A stretch of DNA of 60,735 bases from a virus (taxonomy: Duplodnaviria; Caudoviricetes), in the IMG/VR virus record IMGVR_UViG_3300042384_000237, positions 1-60,735 of that record; one strand, given 5' to 3'. Below, in pieces: positions 44,701 to 52,069 of the stretch (its first letter is position 1; each line of letters starts with the position of its first letter). The notes under the pieces are model-generated. The model was not told the origin of the DNA and made no database searches. It worked only from the letters and a program-made list of their open reading frames with translations. The position numbers were made by a program, and so were the translations under genes.

Positions 44701-46973
44701 CCATTTGCCAATCTATTATAAACACCTGCCGATTGGAAAGCTGAATCTAATGCAAGTAGTGTATCTCTTATTGTAAAGAAAGTTTTATATAAGAATGTAG
44801 CAACATTACGAAGAGACGTTCCTGCAGCTTTTAGACTAACTAAGATAGACGCTAAACCTTTGGCAAGCTTATCACCATCAAACTTTATTACTATTCCTTT
44901 TTCTAACGACTTGAAATAATTTTTGATTGTAGAAACAGCTTTAGCCATATCCTTCGAAATACCATCAAAGATCTTTGTGAACTTAGTGCTAATACCGAAC
45001 TTATTAAAACCTTTTTGTATCTTACTGAAGTTCTCTGTAACTTTTATGGCGAAATTATCTAACTCGATAACGACAGTATTAAATACTTTTCTAAAAGAGA
45101 ACGAGCCTGCCTTCATTGAGAATAATGAAGTGAAACTATTTTTAAGTCTACCGCTGACAGATTGTGACTTATCTGTGATATAGTCTAGGAACGACCAGTC
45201 TGTTAATCTTTTTGTTTCAGTAGCTAAATAATCAAAACCATTCGCTAAAGCTTTCGCAATATAAGAAAATGTCTTTGTTAAGATTTGCGTAACCTTTCTG
45301 TTATCAGAAGCTCTAGCCGCGAAGTTTCCAAAGATATCCATAACGTTTACGGCTTTACCTAGCCTCGAAAACATTGAAGATAGAGCATCAAAGAGGTATA
45401 CACCCATACGTCCTATAATTCTTGGAACGTCAGCCCGAAGATCGAACATATCCTCAAAGTATTCTTTCATTAAGCGGACTGTCTTTGTTACAAAGAAACT
45501 GCCAATCAATGCAGGAATTGCACTCCATACAGCTTTAATATTTTCGCGTAGTACTTGTCCAGAAGCAGTTATACGTGTACCTAATACATTTACTTGTGCT
45601 AAATAAATACTACCTATCTTTTTAAAACTATTGATAATTACAGGCATATCGTCGAATGACCAGATACCTGTTCCTCTACCACGTTTAGTTGCACTACGTA
45701 AAGCTTTACCATAAGCCTCATATGACCGTACGCCTGTCATAATGTAAGCATCAAATAAGTATTTTATTTCACCTATTTCTTTCTTTACAAATGTCGTGAT
45801 ACCTAATGCGCCAAGTAGAAGTCTTAACTTTAAAACTACTTTCTCAAAGCCAAATATAATCGGTTCTGCAAAATCCTTAAGTCTCTCTTTTAAATCGTTG
45901 AAGACTCTCCAAGTGTTGACACCCATTTCAAAGGCACTTTTAGAGAGTTCTCCTAAAGCTTTAACACCGTTATATAGAAATTCGCTAAAGAAGTCTGATA
46001 AACCTAAACCCTTTTCGAATTCGGATGCTACTGATTTTAACATCTCCGCGAGTTTGCTGACACCTTGTGCCATTGTTGGCTTCATTAAGGCAAACTCTTT
46101 ATTGATTTGCTTAGCTTGGTCCACAAGAGCTTTCATTACTACATTAGTAGTTATTTGACCTGTGGAAGCTAACTCTCTCATTTTACCGAGACTGACACCC
46201 AAGTTGTCTGCAATAGCTTTGGCTATACGCGGTGTTTGCTCCATTACTGAATTGAGCTCTTCCCCTCTGAGTGCACCGGCAGACAAGCCTTGATTAAGCT
46301 GGAACAGTGCGGCATTGGCACTCTCTGCGGAAGCTCCTGAGACCGCTACAGCTTTCTGAATAGTCTCTGTAACACCCAACAACGTATCCATAGATGTCTT
46401 TGCATCTTTCATGGCTCTTCCGAAACCAGTGAATACGGTCGTGGTTGAAGCATAAAGCGTACGTGTACGTAGTGCTACATCATTAAGACCAATCATTGTA
46501 GCTGTTAGCTGTTCTGATCTGCCTACAACGTTAGCAATCTGATTTTCTAAATCTTGGAAATCAGAAGAGATCTTTGTTAATCCTGCAAATGCACCACCGA
46601 AAGCTACAGCACCAAAGGCTGATTTTAAACTTCCTGCCAGATTAATTGCTAAATCATTAATTCCTTTTAATGAGTCATGTGTCTTCTCTAAGGCTTTATT
46701 TGCTTTTAGATCACTACCTTTATTCAGGAAAGATCCAGAAAAGGTACGATCTGCTTTAGACATTGTATCATTAAGACTGTTAGATTCTCTATTTAGCTTA
46801 GTAATACCTTCAGTAGGCTTCTTACCAAGGTCTTTAGATAACGCGCCTGTGTTTAACGTTTTTTCTATATTTGAAGTGTTCTGAGATATCTTGGCCAGAG
46901 ATCTTGCTAGAGCATCAATACTACCTTGTGCCTTATCGACTTTAGCTTCGATATCAATTACGATACCTGTCAT
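32745..46973 (-). CDS. Giant tape measure protein (4742 aa) with internal lysozyme-like domain
   Basis: N-terminal QL.QGL..G.LRGEELNSV.E tape-measure motif; GTGTSDSI...LSNGE motif x3; position after tail chaperones. Confidence 0.9.
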   Translation of the reverse strand: MTGIVIDIEAKVDKAQGSIDALARSLAKISQNTSNIEKTLNTGALSKDLGKKPTEGITKLNRESNSLNDTMSKADRTFSGSFLNKGSDLKANKALEKTHDSLKGINDLAINLAGSLKSAFGAVAFGGAFAGLTKISSDFQDLENQIANVVGRSEQLTATMIGLNDVALRTRTLYASTTTVFTGFGRAMKDAKTSMDTLLGVTETIQKAVAVSGASAESANAALFQLNQGLSAGALRGEELNSVMEQTPRIAKAIADNLGVSLGKMRELASTGQITTNVVMKALVDQAKQINKEFALMKPTMAQGVSKLAEMLKSVASEFEKGLGLSDFFSEFLYNGVKALGELSKSAFEMGVNTWRVFNDLKERLKDFAEPIIFGFEKVVLKLRLLLGALGITTFVKKEIGEIKYLFDAYIMTGVRSYEAYGKALRSATKRGRGTGIWSFDDMPVIINSFKKIGSIYLAQVNVLGTRITASGQVLRENIKAVWSAIPALIGSFFVTKTVRLMKEYFEDMFDLRADVPRIIGRMGVYLFDALSSMFSRLGKAVNVMDIFGNFAARASDNRKVTQILTKTFSYIAKALANGFDYLATETKRLTDWSFLDYITDKSQSVSGRLKNSFTSLFSMKAGSFSFRKVFNTVVIELDNFAIKVTENFSKIQKGFNKFGISTKFTKIFDGISKDMAKAVSTIKNYFKSLEKGIVIKFDGDKLAKGLASILVSLKAAGTSLRNVATFLYKTFFTIRDTLLALDSAFQSAGVYNRLANGLKYVENLFSSFARNIREKFKGIEAATNISFSVKDLANSINKIFDGVEAKTRKLESAFEAIADFGKNVIEVFFKIYDAVIGNSWWTDTVETVVDTSKNLKNNTDGGLKQFAGNVIRVFEGVYKVIVNIFDRISNVDITTNLQKMLGSIRTISPMAANILSDIGDGVAKSFAKIKSVVADVLKSDFVINISTGNFKKAFTIAKDFVGGLFDKLPEELQHALKAFANVFGLAFVSLLLPENRITSLLGGVFLRAALLAGMAFANVFADLRFGVSFAVEAGKVAGNVAGTVLLGLLADLPGIISNLLGFIGGAIEGFLKSIPIVGTVASIVYGILDLFQFSTAGGLLGALLFGGPALKMLSTLGIFEKQISRVFKIAGAVGSFFSGTLANTAVAGHNMTRLMSNPSNVGMGPPLPPGMGYQARPQSAASRASSSFFSPGNAVSSGAMVGLMADQLGMFDQVFYDSPLGHAYMQGGLIALALMGPEGISRINESVIRPVLNSLSTLIPDNTIRGNLARMFGTLGSMIRDPSILAGVFSGLRERFTTALTPVGTTSFMSRFLFGPTGIPATALGMAYNSFESFFVWVKARAMLVAPGVVSALTSVITPGRLIATLVAAALIYSNTASASTETPDLMGGDVYQGIQQKQEVAEVAKTGGTRTYQRMPIPRLSANIPFIGKTEGTTVLQEIVNKTAYAYDNVSERVRSGILNIKETALGALPNGLKSFWENLSPSQSLFLGITAVAAAFAAFVVPLAKLLTLASPMRLFMVLLSGLGNQLMAFQGVAASSGAGALGLNMKSYLGIIVRELFLTLKQMSPLVAGIATKLSEVFGPIASGASSKIKQVLADRAAISALNADAARGRSAALKPSRFENLIQKLQPPSATFMGPPTALQKGTMMYPNLLKTLEVVQQKGKELANGGVANFVPKLRLMTQELWAMGRAAGVMQSLPGKFLGRWIGDLAAAITGVNGLTFRLSLMGKVLAGLMSMTKFLWNWKALFATLAVGIVLKIPFLQDTDESKAAGKNHARAFMGSFESFGKTIDVASWVVGLGVPALMTTALKRSQSRVAAVTQEATAAFNAKVAGGLLPPGAKLADHVTPQIVRDKILKEDVLKRYDSLTGAQRGKEYRTMPGMDAFPRTREGYLGYYQANPNRANIGMSGSLAKGFAGVGAGTAVMGLAAVGGAAIGNKFGGEVGAGIGAGLASMFSMMLIPMVTGWLMSLSALIGPAVFATFGGAILAGGLLASFLMGSTGSLVDSLIEVYDWVKKIIGIHSEVKDVKSGMLAREVTLAREHGLKLQYDATKIKESNIQDPRIYEKYTKSIEEAKKAFDALETAKERGSSYGDTSNLQKDAEKAVEILNKNAAAATRASKFDIQKGVDFFSSFEMNKFRGRMNAQDAFKALTLPTEMGNVARIKPDDVSKSGAFLTPAQEGVKARILSFKKLEEDALALSNVTGLDDAIKTSLSVASDDLVDFTEKVSHDLSGKTVTNLLNDTFFGKNNPQTILDAANLTKAEQVLKALVARGAELKASLEKSDLYQTMVSSLIGNLKDANVTIKADDLLPESEGNIALARMKDLGLEAKRLKDQLDKIGSAEERNRIIAQLSIIGKQAQMAQDVAADAYVNASSTVVKNAEAFGLKNVEALKYVDNNLRLELSKQSMGAMVNATPYLTKPLPPNAKGPRLSTNPFQMIRPVGDPFQQELSPIIPISPLVSEGLTPNIKPLAVPIIPKQFNVEIGASLRDLDTYLIKAKAARALIDTPIPLPTLKARPSMTGSAEDIRILRENSEAQEHFNELVNQREFAIAHIQEMETDIGVMTNRLIGADPFASIKQSAAELGRAGFDYAKVFEDYGKGSADAAIKKISGLKDAIEMVKAGDSGLVQSEWLPALEKELDKAEAAIAHRDIAFPEFGLDAPRKFKRVSTELISEINSIDANIFKLQSDIKLANKDPIQLKSLNTQLADAEKRRDAIKASLADLTTKISTVNEAYGINLSTAVLAGLPSKLWSQLSTTATQYKSALEEAMKESDMTPATEALAASFENLKSHASFLGFFGDMKTRLRETLTDGFTSTFDKIKSALPDLSITSTQYAAMSAGDKAALQSSAETIRFSEELQKLNSMSGDMYQFATSSVKQGMPVNEILIGMQSRFSDEFAKLNIADKLKPATTPFEMFATSNETFKSSVEEFKNAVTGAPTTTATATDSTSKIGAGKPFPASGNVGNLKNYDGTPGFQKFDSIEAGVEKLKKQIGWYTTRHGIDTLSAFTAKFAPKSDHNDPVLYAATLASKIGIGIADKVNFAEPKLNEQMAIGIAEQEGGWDIRSILAAKPGISIADKVSVAQPATEKAVSTTLPNIAQKVNTVSSEVASSFEIWLNNVKAAGTNQASLNRADMTLAETKDVTGFQKRKAMILEAGYTEDAFNAMSEELKNYALSVAAKIAQDKLNLSAAINTGQPTKQSVQDKLNIAAGIEGTNKGLAASTLPTTLAEMQKFEEAASGNVTAFLQTYSGMSAENIGLLSNEEKASASKMVHEKANLEYQMAADAKAGKSTTESSLKILDLGDKISEMGDKAMAAAKVAKDVGMSFATGLTGGFNDALKGLMHGEKNKGESVFQTFAGKLKQNLIDSTINSFSTGITNSLGMGKGGAIENMASGLGEGIFNMFGKGLNAIPGVPTASKATSGFFGDVGTFFREDVGNFFGGKAEGGPISGPGTGTSDSIMARLSNGEFVINAKSTAKYGTLIDAINQDKMPKFAKGGLLGNTNAFSNQAPIFSNAPVLSTPIQTDVTVIGGEDLIDSAKDLTRASDDLSMSAGIGTSLWQQIANMYNDTTTSIGTGVIDVAKEVGKFFADTGKWVWSGVINVYDKTAALLNKAGNFVWDGVVNVAGIISSNLPSMSAVVTWMGGGNQSVTGTVNSGNAPSVTATISKWVDSAGNAIGDVWNGLVGKVKLAKDFVVATISEWYDDAGNLIGEGWKAVKGTLKGINLDTISATFNGWTDSAGNLIGEAWKGVTGVFTVDNMEAVGGAIVLKPFAYMYETLKGVDYSKFFSIETVGKGFKTLLTPFTWIASKVAAMDPGQYLSLDTAAAIGKNIIKPFTWIGSQIMKIPFSDYISIENIKGISATILKPFAFIGEQLAKINWSEVINFKSIGETSLDIIKASGNGILDVGKTLWGWIDNGITALANTNIDWSGITGKVGTSVWKFITGVTQGIGDMLFGQKEGGMAGTGGSATGFLKSAAGVLRGQGTGTSDSIPVMLSNGEYIVPADMTRQYAPVLDAMRSGEYPTGSVKDLNDLDAYITKIKGSANYDSDKLKEAFLNIKNTDGKSLFPNLNYKPISVDKPFGYTSPYLNGVFEGGKVWNTSAEYKQGEKSAPKGSIISSIPKDLAEFYDYILGPPTSSGFDALSPMQIEFGLHNQQVNKMYKEGLIPAPDYYVNTTSAAGKGYYGLRKIPANTPMGGFNEKFQASVENPSKITAETLASGPDFTAWALGKTYGSKAAEGEYNKLLATSSKLLQDQMVGKNIQGILDTTKALSYNGITIPPNEFKSLLAGGAMDVGSWMSDGFGSYDYNDKKTSEATQALLADQLISNDKGISWQPSLGAVATPDSLFGATKDVLGESVQKIKTNIANKTNIDNLAKSGVNVNELLGFKLDSAMPAESQNLTVIQKGEQLSFDKGKTWVDVVNTATDNLNVPGFKIDDKTSGGKALSGLQNLISTGSTSAWLYLREHMGSLYSSISKILKGDFSNIFGEKITPLSKGEASVDIGPMTDIEIIPSNFLGSQGKYTPEKGFGTTKSALAGDFNAFGTLATQLAPVDWTKLIISESGKIGLSKVQIPKTAWDSLGLAFKDLHFAPSIQQVDYIDDNGKRVQDTIYGITIGGNFGLGAATGGLITGAGTGTSDSIPTMLSNGEYVINAAATSRNRELLEAINSGATISSAASPIMAIPTASKSADGANSVTNNSVINMNITGDISRQTRAEISQMLPQIAAGVNQYNRERNYRG

Positions 46974-46986
46974 TTGTTTTCTCCAT

Positions 46987-47030
46987 AAAAAACCCCTCCA
47001 CTAATACCATAAAGGTAATAATAAAGGGGT
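46987..47030 (-). terminator. Terminator/attenuator before the tape measure gene
   Basis: ACCCCTTTATTA...TAGTGGAGGGGT-TTTTT with G-U pairs. Confidence 0.7.
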
Positions 47031-47034
47031 GTTG

Positions 47035-47328
47035 TTAAGTTGGTGTTATGATAACACCGTTTGCGTTAACGTTTTCATTCGCTAACAAAGTTCTCTCAAT
47101 AAAGTGAGAAGGTGCTTGTTTACTAGAGCCAGCATTCAACTCCTCTATATATTCTACTTCATTAACTATTTTATTGTCTTGAAGCTTCCAGCCCTCACGT
47201 GCTCTACCCGTGTCAACTGGTGTAGCTTCTTTTAACGCATCTATTAATTTCAAAGACTCTCGCTCTAAGATTGTTTGTGATCTTTTTGCTAGTTCGGCTT
47301 TAAAATCAATATTGATTTTTACTGTCAT
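47035..47328 (-). CDS. HK97 gp10-like tail completion protein
   Basis: TPVDTGRAREGW...N.VEY...LN.G.S.QAP..F. Confidence 0.8.
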   Translation of the reverse strand: MTVKINIDFKAELAKRSQTILERESLKLIDALKEATPVDTGRAREGWKLQDNKIVNEVEYIEELNAGSSKQAPSHFIERTLLANENVNANGVIITPT

Positions 47329-47678
47329 AATTTAAGAGCCTCACCACCAATAGCCGAAGCTATTTTCTGGAAGAATCCAGAGCGTTTAAAGTTCTCAACG
47401 TTGAACTTACCATCCTCTGGTTGATCTTTACTTTTTCGATTATAGATTGCATCCAATGAAGAAAACAGATTCCAAGGCTTTTCTTTGACACCTTGTGCTT
47501 GTATCAGCTTTGCCGCTCTATCGTCAGCTCTCCATTCAAAGGGCCTTTGTTCAAAGTAGTTGAGCCATCCGAGAAACTCATCATAGGGCATCTCATCGAC
47601 CAACTTATAGACAGGCATTCTTAAATGGAAAGCTATTTCGTAAATCGGTAAATCGTTATCGCTTAAGCAGACTTTCCC
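47325..47678 (-). CDS. Tail assembly chaperone, -1 frameshift extension (gpT-like)
   Basis: -1 frame is open from GGGAAAG (47678-47672) into ORF 47325..47618. Confidence 0.8.
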   Translation of the reverse strand, partial: GKVCLSDNDLPIYEIAFHLRMPVYKLVDEMPYDEFLGWLNYFEQRPFEWRADDRAAKLIQAQGVKEKPWNLFSSLDAIYNRKSKDQPEDGKFNVENFKRSGFFQKIASAIGGEALKL

Positions 47679-47986
47679 GCATCAGGCGCTTGACCTAATC
47701 CAGAATATTTCATAATTTCATTTGACAATTTAGATAACTCGTCCATAGGGAAGTTATCAAATTCTGAATCATCAAGATCTGCTCCGCCTTCAACGGCAGA
47801 ACGAATAACAGTCTTTAAGAGTTCTAAACCGGCTGTGTCATCTTTTTCGATGTTAGCAGCTTTGGATTGAATTTCAAGAACTTCCGATACAGTAAGTTTA
47901 GAAATCTTAACATCACTGTTTAAGAATTTAACTGTTTTGGTCATTTTTTGGCCAACTAAATTTTTGATACCTTTTAACTCAGACAT
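47663..47986 (-). CDS. Tail assembly chaperone (gpG-like)
   Basis: Between major tail and tape measure genes; ends ...DAGKSA over the slippery site; start MSELKG with AAGGA SD. Confidence 0.8.
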   Translation of the reverse strand: MSELKGIKNLVGQKMTKTVKFLNSDVKISKLTVSEVLEIQSKAANIEKDDTAGLELLKTVIRSAVEGGADLDDSEFDNFPMDELSKLSNEIMKYSGLGQAPDAGKSA

Positions 47987-48212
47987 TTTGATTTCCTTCT
48001 TTATATTGATTAATTTTGCGTTCATCTAATTGCGCTCGCATCTGGTGTAGAACTGACAGGGTTTTAAAAGCTTCTGTATGCTTTTCAGCGGACAAACCAC
48101 CTTCCTGTGTACGTTCAAATGTTTTATTAATACTGACATCAATGCTTTTCAGCATATGTTTAACGGTCACTCCGATAACATAGTCAATACTGAATGGTGT
48201 ATTTTGTGGCAT
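47979..48212 (-). CDS. Hypothetical protein
   Basis: ORF track; AAGGA SD. Confidence 0.6.
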   Translation of the reverse strand: MPQNTPFSIDYVIGVTVKHMLKSIDVSINKTFERTQEGGLSAEKHTEAFKTLSVLHQMRAQLDERKINQYKEGNQNV

Positions 48213-48272
48213 TTCAATTCCTTGATATGGGGGAGTGACGGGGTTTAGAGCCTCCCCGTCAAGGCTTATAGC

Positions 48273-48905
48273 TTATACTGCGTGAGTATATGCGCCTTTA
48301 ACTTCAGATTGAACTGAAATAGTTAATTTAGCTGTTAGTGCATCTGTCAAGCTTGGTGTTACTTCCAGAGCTTCAAATTTTCCGACAAAGTAGAATACTG
48401 AATTCTTAGTTGTACCTAAGTCGGAAGTTGTATATGTTCCCGCTGTAGGTGCAGCACCTAATAAAGCGAAACGGAACAAGTACAAGGTTTGGTCATTAAT
48501 AGCGGGACCTGCAGCTACACCACCCGTTTTACGCAATTTGTTATCTTCCCAAGCAGAAGGAATGTAGTTCAAAGTTAATTCCATGTTTGGAGAATCAGCT
48601 TGACCTTGTACTTGTTTAGATGTTTTAGAACCGTATTCAGGAACTTTAACGATGTTAGCAGGTGTACCAAATGCAGGGAATTCTTTAACGTTTTCAATAC
48701 GTGCGTATTCGCCGTCGATAGCAGGAGAACCTAATGTATAATCAACAGTAGTACCCATTGCGTCAAAGTATTTACCAAGTTTTGTAGCGATAGCCGCAGC
48801 GTCACTACCAGCAGTAGCTGCATTGAATTCAGCAATAGTAACAGCGTGAGCAGTTACAGCCATATCAGAGTACATTACAGTGGTTAAAGAGTTAATATGT
48901 GCCAT
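48273..48905 (-). CDS. Major tail tube protein
   Basis: EFPAFGTPANIVKVPEYG...QGQAD...LTLNY; start MAHINS with TAAGGA SD. Confidence 0.85.
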   Translation of the reverse strand: MAHINSLTTVMYSDMAVTAHAVTIAEFNAATAGSDAAAIATKLGKYFDAMGTTVDYTLGSPAIDGEYARIENVKEFPAFGTPANIVKVPEYGSKTSKQVQGQADSPNMELTLNYIPSAWEDNKLRKTGGVAAGPAINDQTLYLFRFALLGAAPTAGTYTTSDLGTTKNSVFYFVGKFEALEVTPSLTDALTAKLTISVQSEVKGAYTHAV

Positions 48906-48921
48906 TTTTGATTCCTTAAAA

Positions 48922-49332
48922 TTAAGTTTGACTTCCGAAGAAGTTGAAAGTGATTGAATAACTACTTTTAAATAATGCCTTATTGTCTTGATCCTCAGCA
49001 CCAATGCCCATAGTACTAAACCCAAATTGAGTTTGAGTATTTGACTGTGATGTTATAGATTTATTAACCAAGTAATTATCTAACTTATCTGCTATTTCTA
49101 AGATACGTCTTGTACCCTTTCCTGCAGCTATAAATATATCGATAATGAGTATTCCTTTTATAGAAGCACGGTTAACACCGGTTCCGCTGGGAATTACAGA
49201 AACACGAATAAATTCGTTACCACTGTTCACTGCTATATAATTTGTCGGGAATGTTTTTATATTTTCATTTATCCAAGCTTGTGAAGCGAAAACGCTAAAC
49301 ACATCTTGTTCCAAGTTAACATACTTACCCAT
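48922..49332 (-). CDS. Tail terminator / completion protein
   Basis: Position; GILIIDIF..AG.G...IAD.L pattern. Confidence 0.65.
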   Translation of the reverse strand: MGKYVNLEQDVFSVFASQAWINENIKTFPTNYIAVNSGNEFIRVSVIPSGTGVNRASIKGILIIDIFIAAGKGTRRILEIADKLDNYLVNKSITSQSNTQTQFGFSTMGIGAEDQDNKALFKSSYSITFNFFGSQT

Positions 49333-49676
49333 TAGAGAGTCCTGCTAAGTTGTAATAATGTCGTATAACTGTTTGAATTGATCGCTGAGACAACTTTCCA
49401 CACTACAAGGTCAATACTGACTTCAGTATAAACATTGAGTGGTCCAGCATCTTGATTCTTTACTAACAATTGCATAGTTTCTGCAGATTGTGTCTTTACA
49501 ATTTTTGAAGGAATTGCTTTCAAAGTAATATTTGAAATAGTGCCGGTGGTTACCACACCTGAACTAAAATCAAATTCTTGTGTATTTGGCTTACTGAATA
49601 TTACATCAATAGCCAAATCTTTACTCATATTAAATGCCAACGTCAATTGTTTTCCGATTAAGGCTTTATAAGACAT
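49332..49676 (-). CDS. Head-closure (stopper) protein
   Basis: Position; TAATG coupling on both sides. Confidence 0.55.
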   Translation of the reverse strand: MSYKALIGKQLTLAFNMSKDLAIDVIFSKPNTQEFDFSSGVVTTGTISNITLKAIPSKIVKTQSAETMQLLVKNQDAGPLNVYTEVSIDLVVWKVVSAINSNSYTTLLQLSRTL

Positions 49677-50158
49677 TAGTTTGCTCTCCACCATGAATTC
49701 TTACCACTATTACGTAGTAATGGAGCCAGTGAAGTACGAACACGTTTGGGGAACTTACTTGGAGGTACAATAACATTCAACGCTATTTCACCCACACTTA
49801 AATTCTTTACATGTCCTGCATCATCCAACAAACCATCATTATTTAATAAATGATAAGCTAGTTCAAAAGTTGCGGTTACAATCCTGAGCGGTATTGTAGT
49901 GCTTTCTAATACTACGGGCATTCCTATTTTAGGATCAAAATATTCTGCATCCTTCCGTGGAAACGAAAGAGATTGTGTAGCACTTGTTGCAATACCAATC
50001 CACTCAAATTCGTCTAATAGACTCGTGGCTGTACAAAGAGCTTGATTCTTCTGAATATCAGGAGCATCAGTCCATGCCGCCACATCCAATTTATTTTCGA
50101 AATAAGTATTGGCCTCTGTCATATCAGCATAAGAATTCACACCTTTAACGAGTGCCAT
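49676..50158 (-). CDS. Head-tail adaptor protein
   Basis: NSY....A..YF...W...AL..AT...Q.L.FPR pattern, directly after the capsid gene. Confidence 0.75.
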   Translation of the reverse strand: MALVKGVNSYADMTEANTYFENKLDVAAWTDAPDIQKNQALCTATSLLDEFEWIGIATSATQSLSFPRKDAEYFDPKIGMPVVLESTTIPLRIVTATFELAYHLLNNDGLLDDAGHVKNLSVGEIALNVIVPPSKFPKRVRTSLAPLLRNSGKNSWWRAN

Positions 50159-50168
50159 AACCTACTCC

Positions 50169-51404
50169 TTAAGAATGGAATACTGGTAAGATACCTAATG
50201 ATAAAGCAGAAGATGCTTTACGTTGCCATGTACCACGAACGTTAGCAATGGTGGTCATTGCTGGAATTGACACGCCATTAACTGTGGCTGCAACAAGACC
50301 TTTAGTAGCGCCACCTTCGATAACACCCATATAATCAGCATTGGAAGGGAATGCAGTTGTAGAACCATTCCAGTTATAACCTGCAGGTGCAAGTACATAA
50401 CCCCAACGTGACCAGATAGAAGTGGTACCGCCACCTTTGTATTTGTTAGCATCACGGAAGACTTCAGTCGAATCAGGAACTGTCAACGATTCCATAGCGA
50501 TTGCGCCAGGCAATACGATGAAAGAAGTTTTAGTTGAAGCAGCATTCAGATCAACACCAGCACCTGTATTAAGTGCAGTCAATTCTGTAAGTGCTAATGA
50601 TTGAGCAGCACGTGTAGTGATCAAACGGAATTTACCATTAAAGATAGTGTTAAAAGTAACATTACCATCAACGATAGTTGTTTCATCAACAAAGTTAGCT
50701 GAACGGAAAGAAGCCATAGTTTCAGGAGATACAACTAAGTATGCCCAATCTGGTTCATAGTCTTTGAATGCCATACCGAAAGCGGTTAAGAAACCTTCAG
50801 CACGAGCCGCACCTTGTACAGCTGCAGTTGCAGCAATAACTGGTTTAGCACCTGCAAGATCAACATAGAAACCGTAGCGTGAGCTAGTTGGATCATTATC
50901 AAATGTTTGACCGCCTAAACCTGTTGCACCTGAACCTGTAGCAGCACCGTTAAGTACTTCAGAAATAGCTACACCTTTCAATACAGAAAGAATAGCATCA
51001 TGTTCGTCTTGAGCACGAGTTTCACCGAAATCGCGACCGATCTTAGCAAGACCGTCCATTTGGGTTACTACTTGAGTCATATTAACTTTTTCAGCACCAT
51101 GAGTACGAACAGTTTTAATGTATGTACTGAAGTCTGATTGGAAGTTAGTTTTAGCACCATCAGTCGCATCTGTTAAAGAAGCAACGTTAACGGTTGGGTT
51201 TAGAGGTTTCAACCAACGCATTTGACCGATAAAAGTTTCGGTTGTAGTATCAATTTGTGGATTACTTGAAGTAATACCTGTGCTTGATAATTTCTTTGCA
51301 TTGGTGTAAGCTTCGTCGCTATACGCGCCTAATGCTTCTTGTAATACATAATTGTTAGTACCGCCGGCTTGACCGGAGGTATATGTTGTACTTGTTGCGG
51401 CCAT
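50169..51404 (-). CDS. Major capsid protein
   Basis: Size, position after scaffold, strong codon bias. Confidence 0.8.
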   Translation of the reverse strand: MAATSTTYTSGQAGGTNNYVLQEALGAYSDEAYTNAKKLSSTGITSSNPQIDTTTETFIGQMRWLKPLNPTVNVASLTDATDGAKTNFQSDFSTYIKTVRTHGAEKVNMTQVVTQMDGLAKIGRDFGETRAQDEHDAILSVLKGVAISEVLNGAATGSGATGLGGQTFDNDPTSSRYGFYVDLAGAKPVIAATAAVQGAARAEGFLTAFGMAFKDYEPDWAYLVVSPETMASFRSANFVDETTIVDGNVTFNTIFNGKFRLITTRAAQSLALTELTALNTGAGVDLNAASTKTSFIVLPGAIAMESLTVPDSTEVFRDANKYKGGGTTSIWSRWGYVLAPAGYNWNGSTTAFPSNADYMGVIEGGATKGLVAATVNGVSIPAMTTIANVRGTWQRKASSALSLGILPVFHS

Positions 51405-51424
51405 TGTTATTCCTTAGAGTTTAT

Positions 51425-52069
51425 TTAGCGCCGAAGAGTCCCCTCGGCTGCACGTTTTAATACTTCTTCCTGTGATAGTTTAAACAATGACTTGTTAGCA
51501 TTATCAGAAGGAGCTGTACTATGGGCGCCTGACGTTCCACCACCGGTTGATACTTTTGGTTTGAAGAGAAATGAATTATCTTCGCTTTCAGAGAATTGTT
51601 TTATAAATGTTCTAAGATCGACACCACTCTTGTGTGTCCAGACACCTAATTCATTTTGAACTAGTTGACTTGCTATATCCATATAGGCCATATCTAAGGC
51701 TTTATCACTTCTAAACACATAACTTGAGAGAGCGGATTTAATCTCGGCATCTCTGGCAAGTTCTAAGTTGCGTTTCACTAGCACCTCCACTTTTGCGTTG
51801 GCTTCTGCTAATTGAAGTTCATAAGCTTCTTTATATTTACCATCATCTTGTAGTCTTTTTAATTCAGCTTCTTTCTCTTTCTGTTCGTACTCAGCGGCTT
51901 TCTTAATCGCGGCATCTCTTTCAGCATAAGCTTTATCTAGATTTGATTTGATAGGTTGAAGAGCATCTTGGATTTTCTTCTCGATCGCATCCACAGGAGG
52001 AGCGGGAATAATAGGATCCGGAGTAGGAGCAGGGGTTTCGATGTTTTCATCTGTGGTTTCTGTAGACAT
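51425..52069 (-). CDS. Capsid scaffolding protein
   Basis: Coiled coil with L...G.YKE and FLFK...TGGG pattern. Confidence 0.8.
   Translation of the reverse strand: MSTETTDENIETPAPTPDPIIPAPPVDAIEKKIQDALQPIKSNLDKAYAERDAAIKKAAEYEQKEKEAELKRLQDDGKYKEAYELQLAEANAKVEVLVKRNLELARDAEIKSALSSYVFRSDKALDMAYMDIASQLVQNELGVWTHKSGVDLRTFIKQFSESEDNSFLFKPKVSTGGGTSGAHSTAPSDNANKSLFKLSQEEVLKRAAEGTLRR

Noticed and set aside
32860-46158. Numerous + strand ORFs opposite the tape measure (and similar ones opposite other long genes)
   Set aside because: Antisense shadows of strongly biased coding frames; no recognisable motifs or RBS
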